Source: a virus
Lineage: Duplodnaviria; Caudoviricetes
IMG/VR virus record: IMGVR_UViG_3300010376_000010
Location: 1 to 57,245 of that record
Length of the DNA: 57,245 bases
Reading direction: 5' to 3' (one strand)
Part shown: positions 17,819-26,688 of the stretch, one piece after another
How positions within the stretch are numbered: position 1 is the stretch's first letter
Layout: the number at the start of each line of letters is the position of its first letter
Translations under genes and position numbers: made by a program
Notes under the pieces: model-generated
Told to the model about the DNA's origin: nothing
What the model saw: only the letters and a program-made list of their open reading frames with translations
The model's database searches: none

Positions 17819-18718
17819 TCACTCCTTTCCGGCCGCTGCGACCTCGTAATCCTTCAGCACCGTGCCGACCTCCGGGTTGCCGCGCGCGTGTGCCGGGATC
17901 CAGAATGTCCCGGCATATTTCCCGAAGAGCGGTGCCTGCTCTGAGTAGTGCGCGAAATGCCCGCGCACGAGATGGAATGGGATCGTGTGCGTCGGCTCGT
18001 TCCGTGCCCGCGCCCCCCGGATCGTCGTCCCCGGCCGGACCACCCGCAGCGTGTGGTAGCGCACGAGCGGCGGCTTGCCCCGCCGGACACGTGCACGTTG
18101 CAGGCGCTCATCCGGATCGTGCGCGTCCACCACGACGTTTCGGACGTGCAGGAAGGCCAGGAAGTACGCGAGGAACCACGCGCTGTCCACCATGGCCGTC
18201 TTTGCGATGTCCGAAGTCGGAAGCGTGCCGACGCCACGCGTCAGATCGAGCGTGACGACGTGATAGCCGCCGTCCACGCCGCTCGGCATCATCTGCAACC
18301 GCTCGTCCAGGGGCAGATAGACGAGCGAGGCCGGATGGATTCCGTGCATTTCGACCAGCCAGATGCCGCCGACGAAGGCGCGCGCACCGAGATCGTAGAG
18401 ATGCTCCACGATCTCCCGGCCCTGCGCCGCCGACGCGCCGCTCGGCGTGCTGCCGAGTTCCTGCATCACGTGCTCCGGTGACCGCCGCGCGCAGGACACG
18501 CCGGTCGGCACGATCGTTGATCCCCGGCGCATCCGCATCTCGAACCACGTCAGCGGGTACGGCGGTTTGCACGGCGTCGTGTCCAGTAACCGACGCACGG
18601 GTTCCTGCCACCCCACTTCCGGCAGCGCGTCCCAGAGCGGCTGCATCTGGAACACGACGTGCTCGTCAAGCGTCGGGAAGGGATTCAGTTCACTGACACG
18701 AAGATCGTCGATCAGCAT
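17819..18718 (-). CDS. Conserved hypothetical protein, HxVRGH family, paralogue 1
   Basis: PPYPLTWFE and HLVRGHFAHY...FWIPAHARG; visibly similar to 33304-34233 and 32315-33307. Confidence 0.8.
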   Translation of the reverse strand: MLIDDLRVSELNPFPTLDEHVVFQMQPLWDALPEVGWQEPVRRLLDTTPCKPPYPLTWFEMRMRRGSTIVPTGVSCARRSPEHVMQELGSTPSGASAAQGREIVEHLYDLGARAFVGGIWLVEMHGIHPASLVYLPLDERLQMMPSGVDGGYHVVTLDLTRGVGTLPTSDIAKTAMVDSAWFLAYFLAFLHVRNVVVDAHDPDERLQRARVRRGKPPLVRYHTLRVVRPGTTIRGARARNEPTHTIPFHLVRGHFAHYSEQAPLFGKYAGTFWIPAHARGNPEVGTVLKDYEVAAAGKE

Positions 18719-18734
18719 ACAGGCCTCTGCAACC

Positions 18735-19133
18735 TCATTCCGGGTAGACAACGAACCGGTTGAACGCCTGCCCTCCTGCGGCGACGAACGCGCAGTAGCT
18801 CATCTCGATCACCCATTTCGATCGCCAGTGCGGCACATCCGCAGGCGCGACGCGGTCAACCACCTGACAGACGATCTCATCCCCGGTGATGGCGTTCATC
18901 ACGTGCAGCCTGGTGCCGAACGGGAGGTCAGGATGCGCGCAGAAATACCCCCGCTCGTTCGGCACGAAGTCCTCGGGGAGCTGCCCCCATCCCTTGCGCC
19001 GCTGAATGATGTGTGCCCAGCCACCGTGATCGTAGGACGCGTCGTAGTACGAGGCCGCGCCAACATTCGTTGGGTCAATCGGGATGCCGCTGAGTGCGGT
19101 TGCGGCGATCGTTGCCGCGATCATGAAGGTCAT
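18735..19133 (-). CDS. RlpA-like double-psi beta-barrel (lytic transglycosylase-like) exported protein
   Basis: Hydrophobic N-terminus; GAASYY, CAHPDLPFGTRLHV.N, VVDR motifs. Confidence 0.8.
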   Translation of the reverse strand: MTFMIAATIAATALSGIPIDPTNVGAASYYDASYDHGGWAHIIQRRKGWGQLPEDFVPNERGYFCAHPDLPFGTRLHVMNAITGDEIVCQVVDRVAPADVPHWRSKWVIEMSYCAFVAAGGQAFNRFVVYPE

Positions 19134-19459
19134 TCGTAGTAGACTCCCAGCTTTTTCAACTGCCGCTTGCGCTTCGCATCGGCGCGCGCCTGATTGACGC
19201 GCGCGAAAACCGCGAGGCGTCCGCGCAGCCACTCATCGGGCGTCGCATCGGTCCATGTCCCGTCCACTCCTCGCGCCCGGACGACGAAGACCGCGTGATG
19301 TCGCACCGAGAGATAGTCCGCACGCTCCTGCGCCGTCTTGCGGAGGATGTCCGGCTTGCAATCCTCGAAGAACACGAGATCGACCATCTGTTTGCGCGTC
19401 ATGCGCTTCGTGTCGTCGAGCTTTGACACCAGATCAAATGTCCAGATCGCGTACCCCAT
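19130..19459 (-). CDS. Hypothetical protein
   Basis: GGAGG RBS, in operon. Confidence 0.6.
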   Translation of the reverse strand: MGYAIWTFDLVSKLDDTKRMTRKQMVDLVFFEDCKPDILRKTAQERADYLSVRHHAVFVVRARGVDGTWTDATPDEWLRGRLAVFARVNQARADAKRKRQLKKLGVYYE

Positions 19460-19640
19460 TGCGGCCCTCCAGCAACCGGTCGTACTCCTGCTTGCTCATC
19501 AGCACCGCGATCGGCCGTCGGTGCCGGGTGATCACCAGCGTCTCCCGCTCGACTGAGGTGCGGGTGATCATTTCGCCGACGGCACGGATGAAATTCGTCG
19601 CCGTCACCGTCGTCGCTTCGCGCGGTCCGGTGCGCTGCAT
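19434..19640 (-). CDS. Phd/YefM-family antitoxin (no adjacent recognisable toxin)
   Basis: VTATNFIRAVGEMI...LVITRHRRPIAVLMSKQEYDRL matches the Phd/YefM signature. Confidence 0.85.
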   Translation of the reverse strand: MQRTGPREATTVTATNFIRAVGEMITRTSVERETLVITRHRRPIAVLMSKQEYDRLLEGRNGVRDLDI

Positions 19641-20170
19641 CAGTGCGCCCATTTCGGCATCCCATCCGGCACGCCGCGCGTCTCCACGTAGCCGTCGTAG
19701 GCGCTGCCGTTACAGTGCGGGCAGGGGATGGCTTGACCAAAATGCGGATGCCCGACCATCACGTCCGCCCGCACGTAGCGGCGATCGAGGCAGGGGAGAC
19801 AGGCGAAGGTCGGTGTCAGGAGCGGATTGAGCGCGTACTTCGCTCCCTCGCGCTGACTGATCCGCACCGGCTCACCGGCCTCGAGTTTCGGCACCCCCGG
19901 AATGCCGCTGTCCTTGCCGACCTCCGCGTCCTTCTCCTCCTTCCAGCGATACGCCTGCGCACGCACCATCGCCGGGGATGGCATGTGCTCGGACTCTTCG
20001 AGGACGCCCTGCACGCCATGCGCGAACTGGGCGTCCGACAGCGCGCCGCAGCCCGCCCACCACGCGTCGAACAGGATCTCGTTCGGCTCGACGCGGAACG
20101 TCAGGCAGAGCTGCGTCATGAACTTCCGGAACTGCTCAGGGTCCGTCACCGTGACTTCTCCGGACTCCAT
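19640..20170 (-). CDS. Helicase loader/inhibitor-like protein with Zn-finger
   Basis: MPSPAMVR motif (lambda P/G39P-like) and CLPCLDRRYVRADVMVGHPHFGQAIPCPHC, like the DnaC N-terminal Zn finger; follows initiator. Confidence 0.6.
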   Translation of the reverse strand: MESGEVTVTDPEQFRKFMTQLCLTFRVEPNEILFDAWWAGCGALSDAQFAHGVQGVLEESEHMPSPAMVRAQAYRWKEEKDAEVGKDSGIPGVPKLEAGEPVRISQREGAKYALNPLLTPTFACLPCLDRRYVRADVMVGHPHFGQAIPCPHCNGSAYDGYVETRGVPDGMPKWAH

Positions 20171-20871
20171 GCGAGCGCCGCATGCACGACATCGGCCGTC
20201 TTCGGCCCGATGCGCCGTTGGGATAAGTCCCCGTGATCCGGCACGTGGAGCTGCACGCGCATGTACCACAGGGCGTACTTGCGGAAGTTGGCGTCGGTCA
20301 GCGGATCGTCATCGCCCTTGCGGGTGCGCCGGTAGTCGTCGAGCATGCCGTCCCACTCAACCTCGGGGAAGCCGCGATTGATTAGCTCGATGAACAGCTT
20401 TGGTGATGGGTTGAATGCTTCTACGTCGCTCGCGCGCGTACCCGCGCCCGCCTGCGCAGCGCGCCCCCGCGTTAGCGCTTTAGTATTTTTTTGTTTAAAG
20501 GTACTTTCGTGATAACCGTTCAACGCTGGACGGTTTATTGAACGCTTTTCTTCGCTAAAACCGTTCACATGTGGACGCTTTTCTGAATAGTATTCACCGT
20601 TGGACGCTTTTATCCCGACGTGGAGCGTGATCTGACCGGTGGTGCCACGGCCGCGCGCGGCTTCGTAGCTGATCAGGCCCATTGCCCCGAGGGTGGCGAG
20701 GTGACGCTTGACCGTGGAGACGGACATGTGGGCGTCACTGCACAGATCCGCGAGTCGGATGCGCATCACGTCGTCAATGTGCCGCCATGCGAGGACAAGC
20801 CCGAGCACGTAGGCACCTTCCTCGATCTCGGTCACGTCATGGATCATCCAGCGCATGGCTTCAACGCTCAT
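20146..20871 (-). CDS. Replication initiator (wHTH) with internal AT-rich repeats
   Basis: MSVEAMRW, LADLCSDAHMSVSTVKRHLATL..MGLI wHTH. Confidence 0.7.
   Translation of the reverse strand: MSVEAMRWMIHDVTEIEEGAYVLGLVLAWRHIDDVMRIRLADLCSDAHMSVSTVKRHLATLGAMGLISYEAARGRGTTGQITLHVGIKASNGEYYSEKRPHVNGFSEEKRSINRPALNGYHESTFKQKNTKALTRGRAAQAGAGTRASDVEAFNPSPKLFIELINRGFPEVEWDGMLDDYRRTRKGDDDPLTDANFRKYALWYMRVQLHVPDHGDLSQRRIGPKTADVVHAALAWSPEKSR
20480..20615. other. Candidate replication origin 1 (AT-rich, iteron-like)
   Basis: TG(G/A)ACGCTTTT x3 and ACCGTT x3 beside TATTTTTTGTTTAAA, inside the initiator gene. Confidence 0.55.
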
Positions 20872-20900
20872 CGGCGATCCCAGTCTGGCAACGACTCGCA

Positions 20901-21179
20901 TCAACTCGCATCCCCTACGAGGTCGATCCGGAGACGGGATGGGCGGCAGTGCACCTTGTGCAGCCGCTTCGTCGTGATCAGTCCGTGCTGCTCAAGGGAC
21001 CGGAGCTGCCGCCAGACAGTGGACCGGTCTACCCCGAGCCGTGCCGCCAGCTCCATTGAGGGGATCTCCACGAATCCCACCGGCTGAGAGAGGCGACGCA
21101 GGAACACCAGTAGACGGCGCTCACCGGCCCGTAGCGGGACGATGAGCGCCATGTGGTCATCCAGAACCATCTCCATCAC
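20901..21179 (-). CDS. HTH DNA-binding protein
   Basis: SMELAARLGVDRSTVWRQLRSLEQHGLI. Confidence 0.75.
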   Translation of the reverse strand: MMEMVLDDHMALIVPLRAGERRLLVFLRRLSQPVGFVEIPSMELAARLGVDRSTVWRQLRSLEQHGLITTKRLHKVHCRPSRLRIDLVGDAS

Positions 21180-21789
21180 GAGGCACCGCCTGGGCGATCT
21201 CAGGAGAAGGCGCGGTCCCCGGTTGCCGGATCACCGGCAGTGCTTCGAGGCGATGCGCCACTTCCTCGGCAATGATCCCGGCGTCATCGGCAACGCCGTC
21301 CATTTCCACTCCCGCCTTGGACATGATCCCGATCACGGTTGACCAGAGCTGTTGCTTGTCCGAGAAGCGGATGCCGCGCTCGATCCCCGTCTTGCAAATC
21401 CATGCCTGCTGGCGCTCCGTCAGCCGCTCGTTGAGCTGGACGCGCGGGTTGCGATCGGGCGGCGGCTCGGCAAGATCGACCGCGTCGGTGCCGTAGCCAA
21501 GCACCGCCAGCGCGCGCCCGATCGCCCCGCTCTCCGCTTTCTCGTAGTAGTCGCCAAACTCTTTCTGGGCGCACGAGCTGTGGCCGGTCGCCACCGCGCC
21601 GTTCGGCAGCGTGATCGTGCAGGTGAATCGCGCCAGCTCGGCCGAGGCGAACTTCTCCTCCGTCACGACCGTCGCGTCCGGATGATCGGCCCGCAGCCAG
21701 AGGATGCGCGGCCAGAGCGGCAGGTAATCCACCTGACCCTGCTTCGTCCGGATCTTGCGCATGTGCGCCTTGGGATCGAAGTCAGGCAT
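21157..21789 (-). CDS. Rad52/Sak-like ssDNA annealing protein
   Basis: YLPLWPRILWLR..HP, EKAESGAIGRALAVLGYG. Confidence 0.75.
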   Translation of the reverse strand: MPDFDPKAHMRKIRTKQGQVDYLPLWPRILWLRADHPDATVVTEEKFASAELARFTCTITLPNGAVATGHSSCAQKEFGDYYEKAESGAIGRALAVLGYGTDAVDLAEPPPDRNPRVQLNERLTERQQAWICKTGIERGIRFSDKQQLWSTVIGIMSKAGVEMDGVADDAGIIAEEVAHRLEALPVIRQPGTAPSPEIAQAVPRDGDGSG

Positions 21790-22060
21790 CCATCATCTCC
21801 AGCGCATCGTGGATCGCTCCAAACGCAACCGCCATCGCCATCGCCTTGGCGCGCATCCGGTTGAAATCGCGCGCCGATAGCTCGGTCGTGTCCACGAGCG
21901 CCGCGCGGATCTCACCGATCGCCTCTTTTGATTCACGGATGAGCGGATCGATCAGGCGACTGCGTTCCTGTCGTGAGGCGTCCTGCTCGGCCGCAGCGTC
22001 CTGCGCGCGCGAGAGTTCGAAATCCTGCCACCAGGCCGGATCGTTCGGTTTTGCTGCCAT
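21782..22060 (-). CDS. Hypothetical protein
   Basis: ATG 22060 with GAGGAG RBS. Confidence 0.6.
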   Translation of the reverse strand: MAAKPNDPAWWQDFELSRAQDAAAEQDASRQERSRLIDPLIRESKEAIGEIRAALVDTTELSARDFNRMRAKAMAMAVAFGAIHDALEMMDA

Positions 22061-22132
22061 TCGTACACTCCTCGGCAATAAGGAACCGAGCGTTGCCACG
22101 TGCGATGCGGCAACGTTTAGGGTGACCGTTAC

Positions 22133-22161
22133 TTGACTTGGAGGAGTTCACGTCCTAGACT
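22133..22161 (+). promoter_or_regulatory. Sigma70-like promoter TTGACT-N17-TAGACT, antisense to the cro-like gene
   Basis: Near-consensus hexamers with 17-nt spacing. Confidence 0.45.
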
Positions 22162-22245
22162 CAAATCGCACTCCTTTTCCCTAATGGTCCCGACGATCGG
22201 CTGTTGCGAGCAGCCGATTGTCACTGTTTGCATGTGCCTATCGCC

Positions 22246-22533
22246 TCATGCAGCACGTCGCACCTTCCTGGCATCACCCGGAACGAAGAAGCTCCGGTCT
22301 TTCGGTACATAGTAGATGGCATTGACGCGGTCAACGAACTGCTGCGAGACGGTGCGCGATGCCGACAGCCGCCGGACCCGGTTCACGTGCTGGAAGCTGT
22401 AGCCTGTCTCTTTCGCCAGTTCCATGGCCGAAATTCCGTTTTCGTAGCACCACTGCCAGAATGCCAGTGTGACGAAATAGCGCTGCTCGGCCACCCGACG
22501 CTCCCGCAACCCGATGCCTACCTGCTCCAGCAC
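22246..22533 (-). CDS. Cro-like HTH regulator
   Basis: ISAMELAKETGYSFQHVNRV HTH; divergent from the repressor-like gene. Confidence 0.65.
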   Translation of the reverse strand: MLEQVGIGLRERRVAEQRYFVTLAFWQWCYENGISAMELAKETGYSFQHVNRVRRLSASRTVSQQFVDRVNAIYYVPKDRSFFVPGDARKVRRAA

Positions 22534-22836
22534 TGACGTTCAAGCAGCATACACTATGAAACTCGGGATTGCACCCTGTACGTTCACTAACTTACCGTAG
22601 CACTATTGTCAGAACGGCTTGGAGTGGTATATAGTCAGGTCATCAGCGCGTTTTGGTGACGCGGTCCAAGAAGCAACCAAGTCGCGATCGTGATTGGTCG
22701 CGTGCACTCGCCCGGACCACTTTGATGCGAGGGCGTTAGGGAAGTTGGCAGTGTTTAGGACGCCCGTGAGGGTTGGGAAATGGTTTTGGGTGACGGCTCG
22801 GGAAACCGTCACACGCGCAGGTGGGAGGTGTCTGCG

Positions 22837-23436
22837 GTGAACGACGAGTATCGACAGTGGTTACTGACGAACGTCAGGCAGCGGCAGTGGACGCACGCGG
22901 CATTCGCGCGCGAGGTGGGCGTCAAGCGCTCCACGGTGCAGAACTGGCTCTCGGGGGAGGGCAGGCCGAGTCGGAAGTACGTTCCAAGACTCGCGCAGAT
23001 GTTTGGTCGGCCCGAGTATGAACTGTGGCAGTTTTACACGGACGGTCCAAACCTCGAACCGACATGGAACAATCTTTTGCTCAAGGACATCGTCCACATC
23101 CCGAAGGGTGCGACGGTTGACGATCTGCGCGTCGTCATCGAGCAGCTCAAGATCGTCGGCGAGGCTATGATCCTCGGCGCGATGCGGTGCCGTCTCGATG
23201 AGCGGACGGGATATCTACTCGCGCAGTCTGCGGACGAGTATCATCGCGATGAGCTGGCGAAGCAGGAAGCGAACGCGTACGACGAGGATGCGCGCGCTGC
23301 AACTGGATCGCCGGACGACCGTCGCCGATCCCGGTCAGAACGGACGCATCCAGCCATCCGGGCAATGGAGTCCCGTTCGCGAAATGGTCATCCAGAAGAT
23401 CCCGCGCCTCGTAACGGGACCGATGCGCGAGCGTAG
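22837..23436 (+). CDS. XRE/CI-like repressor
   Basis: WTHAAFAREVGVKRSTVQNWLSGEGRP; GTG after GGAGG. Confidence 0.8.
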   Translation: MNDEYRQWLLTNVRQRQWTHAAFAREVGVKRSTVQNWLSGEGRPSRKYVPRLAQMFGRPEYELWQFYTDGPNLEPTWNNLLLKDIVHIPKGATVDDLRVVIEQLKIVGEAMILGAMRCRLDERTGYLLAQSADEYHRDELAKQEANAYDEDARAATGSPDDRRRSRSERTHPAIRAMESRSRNGHPEDPAPRNGTDARA

Positions 23437-23633
23437 CAGCGCTCGGTGTCGGGTACAGGGGTTCGTCGCCGATGTCATGGGCGTGATCTGCCATGTCTCC
23501 CCCCTAGCTTTTTCGACTTGAGAAGAGATTCTAACCTTTGTCTGCCAGGGGGGCAAGATGCCCATTGGCCTACATCTTGCGATATCGGCCATCCTGACCG
23601 CCCAAAACGGATTTTGAACTACGGTTTTATGTA

Positions 23634-24095
23634 TCATCGGACCCTGTTTTTGCCGAAATATTTGCGTAGAAAAGCGGCCGCGCCGCGTTCGGTCGCGGCC
23701 GATCCCAACTGCTGCTCGCCTTCCAGCCACTCGACATAACGCTCCAGCTCGGCGATGCGCGCGCGCAGCGTGCCGTTCTCGATCGCCAGTGCTTCGACGC
23801 GGTCCATCGTCACCGCAGCCCAGCTATCGAGCACCGATCGCACACTGCCCTTCCGCTGCACCGGCAACCGGTGCCGCTGTTCCTCTGAGGAACAGGTGTT
23901 CCCCCACGCTTCCTCAGTGTCGTCCCTGGCGTCCGGCCCCGAGTGCGTCTTTGGCGGCTCCGGATCGTCCAGAAGCACCATGTACTCCCGGCCGCTCTTC
24001 AGTGCCGTCAGCTTTTTGCGCTCGATCCGCAGGCGCACGCCCCTCGGCGTGATCCCGAGGATATCTGCCGCTTCGTTCACCGTCACCTGTCGCAC
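23634..24095 (-). CDS. HTH (excisionase/MerR-like) protein with coiled coil
   Basis: TVNEAADILGITPRGVRLRIERKKL; AGGAGGT RBS. Confidence 0.75.
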   Translation of the reverse strand: MRQVTVNEAADILGITPRGVRLRIERKKLTALKSGREYMVLLDDPEPPKTHSGPDARDDTEEAWGNTCSSEEQRHRLPVQRKGSVRSVLDSWAAVTMDRVEALAIENGTLRARIAELERYVEWLEGEQQLGSAATERGAAAFLRKYFGKNRVR

Positions 24096-24121
24096 GAGCC
24101 ACCTCCTGGCGCTGCTTGCAC

Positions 24122-24153
24122 TGTACGTACACTTAGCATACGATGTACGTACA
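24122..24153. promoter_or_regulatory. Tandem palindromic operators TGTACGTACA x2
   Basis: Copies at 24122-24131 and 24144-24153 between divergent genes. Confidence 0.6.
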
Positions 24154-24238
24154 CTCGCCGCAAGCGGCTGCGAGCAAGAGGAAGCCCCCACCGGATAAGG
24201 GCCGGTGGGGGCGAAGCTGACCTGCTTAGGAGGTCGGT

Positions 24239-24802
24239 ATGCGTACTGTACCACAACACCCGTCAACGTCAAACCTGCTCCTCAACGAACAACCGCTGTT
24301 CGTGCTGCCGAGTCTCGCGGTCGCCGTCGGCCTGAACGAGTCAATCTTCCTGCAACAGCTCCACTACTGGCTTCAGAAATCTCGCAAAGAGCACGAAGGC
24401 CGCGTCTGGATCTACAACACGATCGATGAGTGGCAGGAGCAGTTCCCGTTCTGGAGCACCGATGCGATCCACCGGGTGATCAAATCACTGAGGAAGTCGG
24501 GTGTCCTGCTGACAACTGACAAGTTGAACAAAAGCCGCATGGATCGGACACTGTGGTTCGCCATCGATTATGGCGTCCTGATCGATATCGCGAATTCGCA
24601 ATGTGGTGTCGCGGAATCGCGATCTCATGTCGCGGAATCGCGATCTCCAGAGTGCGAATTCGCGACCTCTAACCAGTATATTAGCCAGGATAATACACAG
24701 GATAGAGATACCCCCCCTCCCCCCAATGAACTTTCGCCAGGTTTCCGCCGAGCGCTCGAAGCGTCCGAGCGGCAGCGGCAGAAAAAACAGCCGCGCCGGT
24801 AG
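24239..24802 (+). CDS. Phage replication initiator / replisome-organiser-like protein
   Basis: LLLNEQPL.VLPSLA..VGLNESIFLQQLHYW, WIYNT..EWQEQFPFWS, DRTLWFAIDY. Confidence 0.85.
   Translation: MRTVPQHPSTSNLLLNEQPLFVLPSLAVAVGLNESIFLQQLHYWLQKSRKEHEGRVWIYNTIDEWQEQFPFWSTDAIHRVIKSLRKSGVLLTTDKLNKSRMDRTLWFAIDYGVLIDIANSQCGVAESRSHVAESRSPECEFATSNQYISQDNTQDRDTPPPPNELSPGFRRALEASERQRQKKQPRR
24586..24669 (+). repeat. About 21-bp period iteron-like repeats (candidate origin 2)
   Basis: TGTCGCGGAATCGCGATCTC exact at 24607 and 24628; degenerate GCGAATTCGC units on both sides. Confidence 0.65.
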
Positions 24803-24807
24803 CCGTC

Positions 24808-24868
24808 TGTCGCACAGTTCGACACTTCTGTCGAAATCCTTGACACATGTGTCGAACTGTGCGACAAT
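24808..24868 (+). promoter_or_regulatory. Promoter TTGACA-N17-GACAAT overlapped by an 18-bp inverted repeat
   Basis: TGTCGCACAGTTCGACAC (24808-25) and its complement (24849-66); -35 at 24840, -10 at 24863. Confidence 0.75.
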
Positions 24869-24915
24869 TCTGGCAGTGGGGGAGCGGTCCCCCGGACTGT
24901 TATGGAGTCCGCCAG

Positions 24916-26169
24916 ATGGTTATCACGAGCACGGATCTCGACAACGGGGTCGTCATCGGGGAGTACGACATCCCCGAGATTCACATGGCACAGTTCGAGA
25001 AGGAGATCGCGGCGCTGAACAAGCACGCGATTCGCTGCGGTTGCGCGCCCGCGACGATCGAGCGGCTCGGCGAGGAAGTGCGCCGGATCCCGATCGCATG
25101 GCTCGTCCCCGAGGAGCGGATCGGCGTCACCCGCTACGCCGACTACCTGTACATCCGCGTGCGGGTCACCGGGACCGCGCCGAAATTTGACGGCTGGACG
25201 CTCGCGGCGACGCTGGAGGGCACCGAGGCCGGGACGCTCGTGCGCACGGTCCCCGGCGTCGAGATCCCGACCGACTACCAGCAGGCGGACCCGACGCTCT
25301 GCGAGCACTGCGGCAAGCACCGCCGTCGGAGCGCCACGTTCGTCCTCCAGCACGAGGACGGCCACTGCGTTCAGGTCGGTCGCCAGTGCCTGCGCGATTT
25401 CCTCGGCGGGGTGGACCCGCAGGCGATCGCCTCGCTGGCCGAGACGCTGTTCAAAGTCCAGTCGGGCGGCTTCGGCTACGGGCGCGGTGAGCGCGTCCAC
25501 GAAACGGTCGAGTATCTCTCGTACGTCGTCGCCGCCGTCCGCGAGCACGGCTACCTCTCCGCGTCGCAGGCCCGCAACGGCGACGGCGCTTCCACATCCG
25601 GCCGCGCCTCGCATCAGATGCGCCTCGATTCGAAGGAGATCGCCCGCGAGAAGTGGGACGAGAAATGGACGACGACGCCCGAGGATCTCGTCGAGGCGCA
25701 GGCGATCATGGACGGGGCGCGCGCGGCGCTCGCGGCCGTCGTCACACCCAATGACTACCAGCACAACCTGACGGTCCTCCTCCAGCTCGACTACGTCAAG
25801 GCGCGCAACGAAGGGTTCGTCGCGTCGGTCTACGGGTACGTCAAGCGCCTGCACGAGCAGCGCGCGAAGCGGCAGGCCGAGGAAGCGCGCGCCGCCACCC
25901 GGACCAACGAGTGGATCGGCACCGTCGGCAAGCGCGAAGTCTTCACCCTGCGGTTCATGGGCTACCGCGCCTTCCAGGGCGACTGGGGCGATCGCTACCT
26001 GAACCGGTGGGAGGACGCGACCGGCAACGCGGTCAACTGGTGGACCGGGACATCCGACGACTATACCGAGGGCGCGGTCTACCAGGTGCGCGCCACCGTC
26101 AAATCGCACGATGAGTACAAGGGCCGCAAGCAGACGATCATCAGTCGCGCGGCCGTCACGGAGGTCTGA
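24916..26169 (+). CDS. Conserved phage protein with Zn-finger and C-terminal OB-fold-like domain
   Basis: CEHC...VQVGRQCLRDFLG; ATVKSHDEYKGRKQT. Confidence 0.75.
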   Translation: MVITSTDLDNGVVIGEYDIPEIHMAQFEKEIAALNKHAIRCGCAPATIERLGEEVRRIPIAWLVPEERIGVTRYADYLYIRVRVTGTAPKFDGWTLAATLEGTEAGTLVRTVPGVEIPTDYQQADPTLCEHCGKHRRRSATFVLQHEDGHCVQVGRQCLRDFLGGVDPQAIASLAETLFKVQSGGFGYGRGERVHETVEYLSYVVAAVREHGYLSASQARNGDGASTSGRASHQMRLDSKEIAREKWDEKWTTTPEDLVEAQAIMDGARAALAAVVTPNDYQHNLTVLLQLDYVKARNEGFVASVYGYVKRLHEQRAKRQAEEARAATRTNEWIGTVGKREVFTLRFMGYRAFQGDWGDRYLNRWEDATGNAVNWWTGTSDDYTEGAVYQVRATVKSHDEYKGRKQTIISRAAVTEV

Positions 26170-26170
26170 A

Positions 26171-26464
26171 ATGGAAGCAACCCCGATCGTCTGGTCCGAC
26201 GAAGCAGCGGCAACCCTCGGCGACTTTGTCGTCGCCGGGGTGATCGCCCCGTTCGACTGGGACATCGTCCACAAGCGGTGTCTCATCTATGCCCGGAACG
26301 ACGCTCGCGTGCTCCAGCGCGCGCCGGTCGTCACCGTCGCCGAGTTCATCCAGGCCGTGCTCTTCGAGTGCTACGGCATGGGCGACATCCAGATGGGTCT
26401 GAGCTGCACGTGGGAATACGGGCAGCTCGGGCCGAGCGAGCACCAGAAGGGGCAGCAATCATGA
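26171..26464 (+). CDS. Hypothetical protein
   Basis: GGAGG RBS, operon. Confidence 0.65.
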   Translation: MEATPIVWSDEAAATLGDFVVAGVIAPFDWDIVHKRCLIYARNDARVLQRAPVVTVAEFIQAVLFECYGMGDIQMGLSCTWEYGQLGPSEHQKGQQS

Positions 26465-26688
26465 GCACGAGCATGATCTTCACCCGCCGCGACGAGGCGA
26501 AACACCCCGAGCGGCACACCACCGGGCCGTACCTTGTCACGTTCAACGGCGCAAGTGCCGAGATCGAGATCGATCTCGATGAATCCCGCATCATGGACAT
26601 GGTCAGGAAGGCCGGGAAGAGCGTCGGCCGCAAGGCAACCGACGGCCCCGTGACCGTTCGCCTGAAGATCAGGGGGCAGCAGTCATGA
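26461..26688 (+). CDS. Hypothetical protein
   Basis: ATGA overlap. Confidence 0.65.
   Translation: MSTSMIFTRRDEAKHPERHTTGPYLVTFNGASAEIEIDLDESRIMDMVRKAGKSVGRKATDGPVTVRLKIRGQQS

Noticed and set aside
18720-18735. GGCCTCTGCAACC as a fourth family A copy
   Set aside because: Partial match only, with no complementary arm
24586-24669. Possible CRISPR mini-array
   Set aside because: Repeats are contiguous without spacers and lie inside a coding sequence; they fit iterons better. No cas genes seen
24625-26286. Long antisense ORFs (also 6400-7449, 37744-39171, 42226-43428, 33998-35266)
   Set aside because: Shadow frames of real genes in high-GC DNA, with no motifs or RBS
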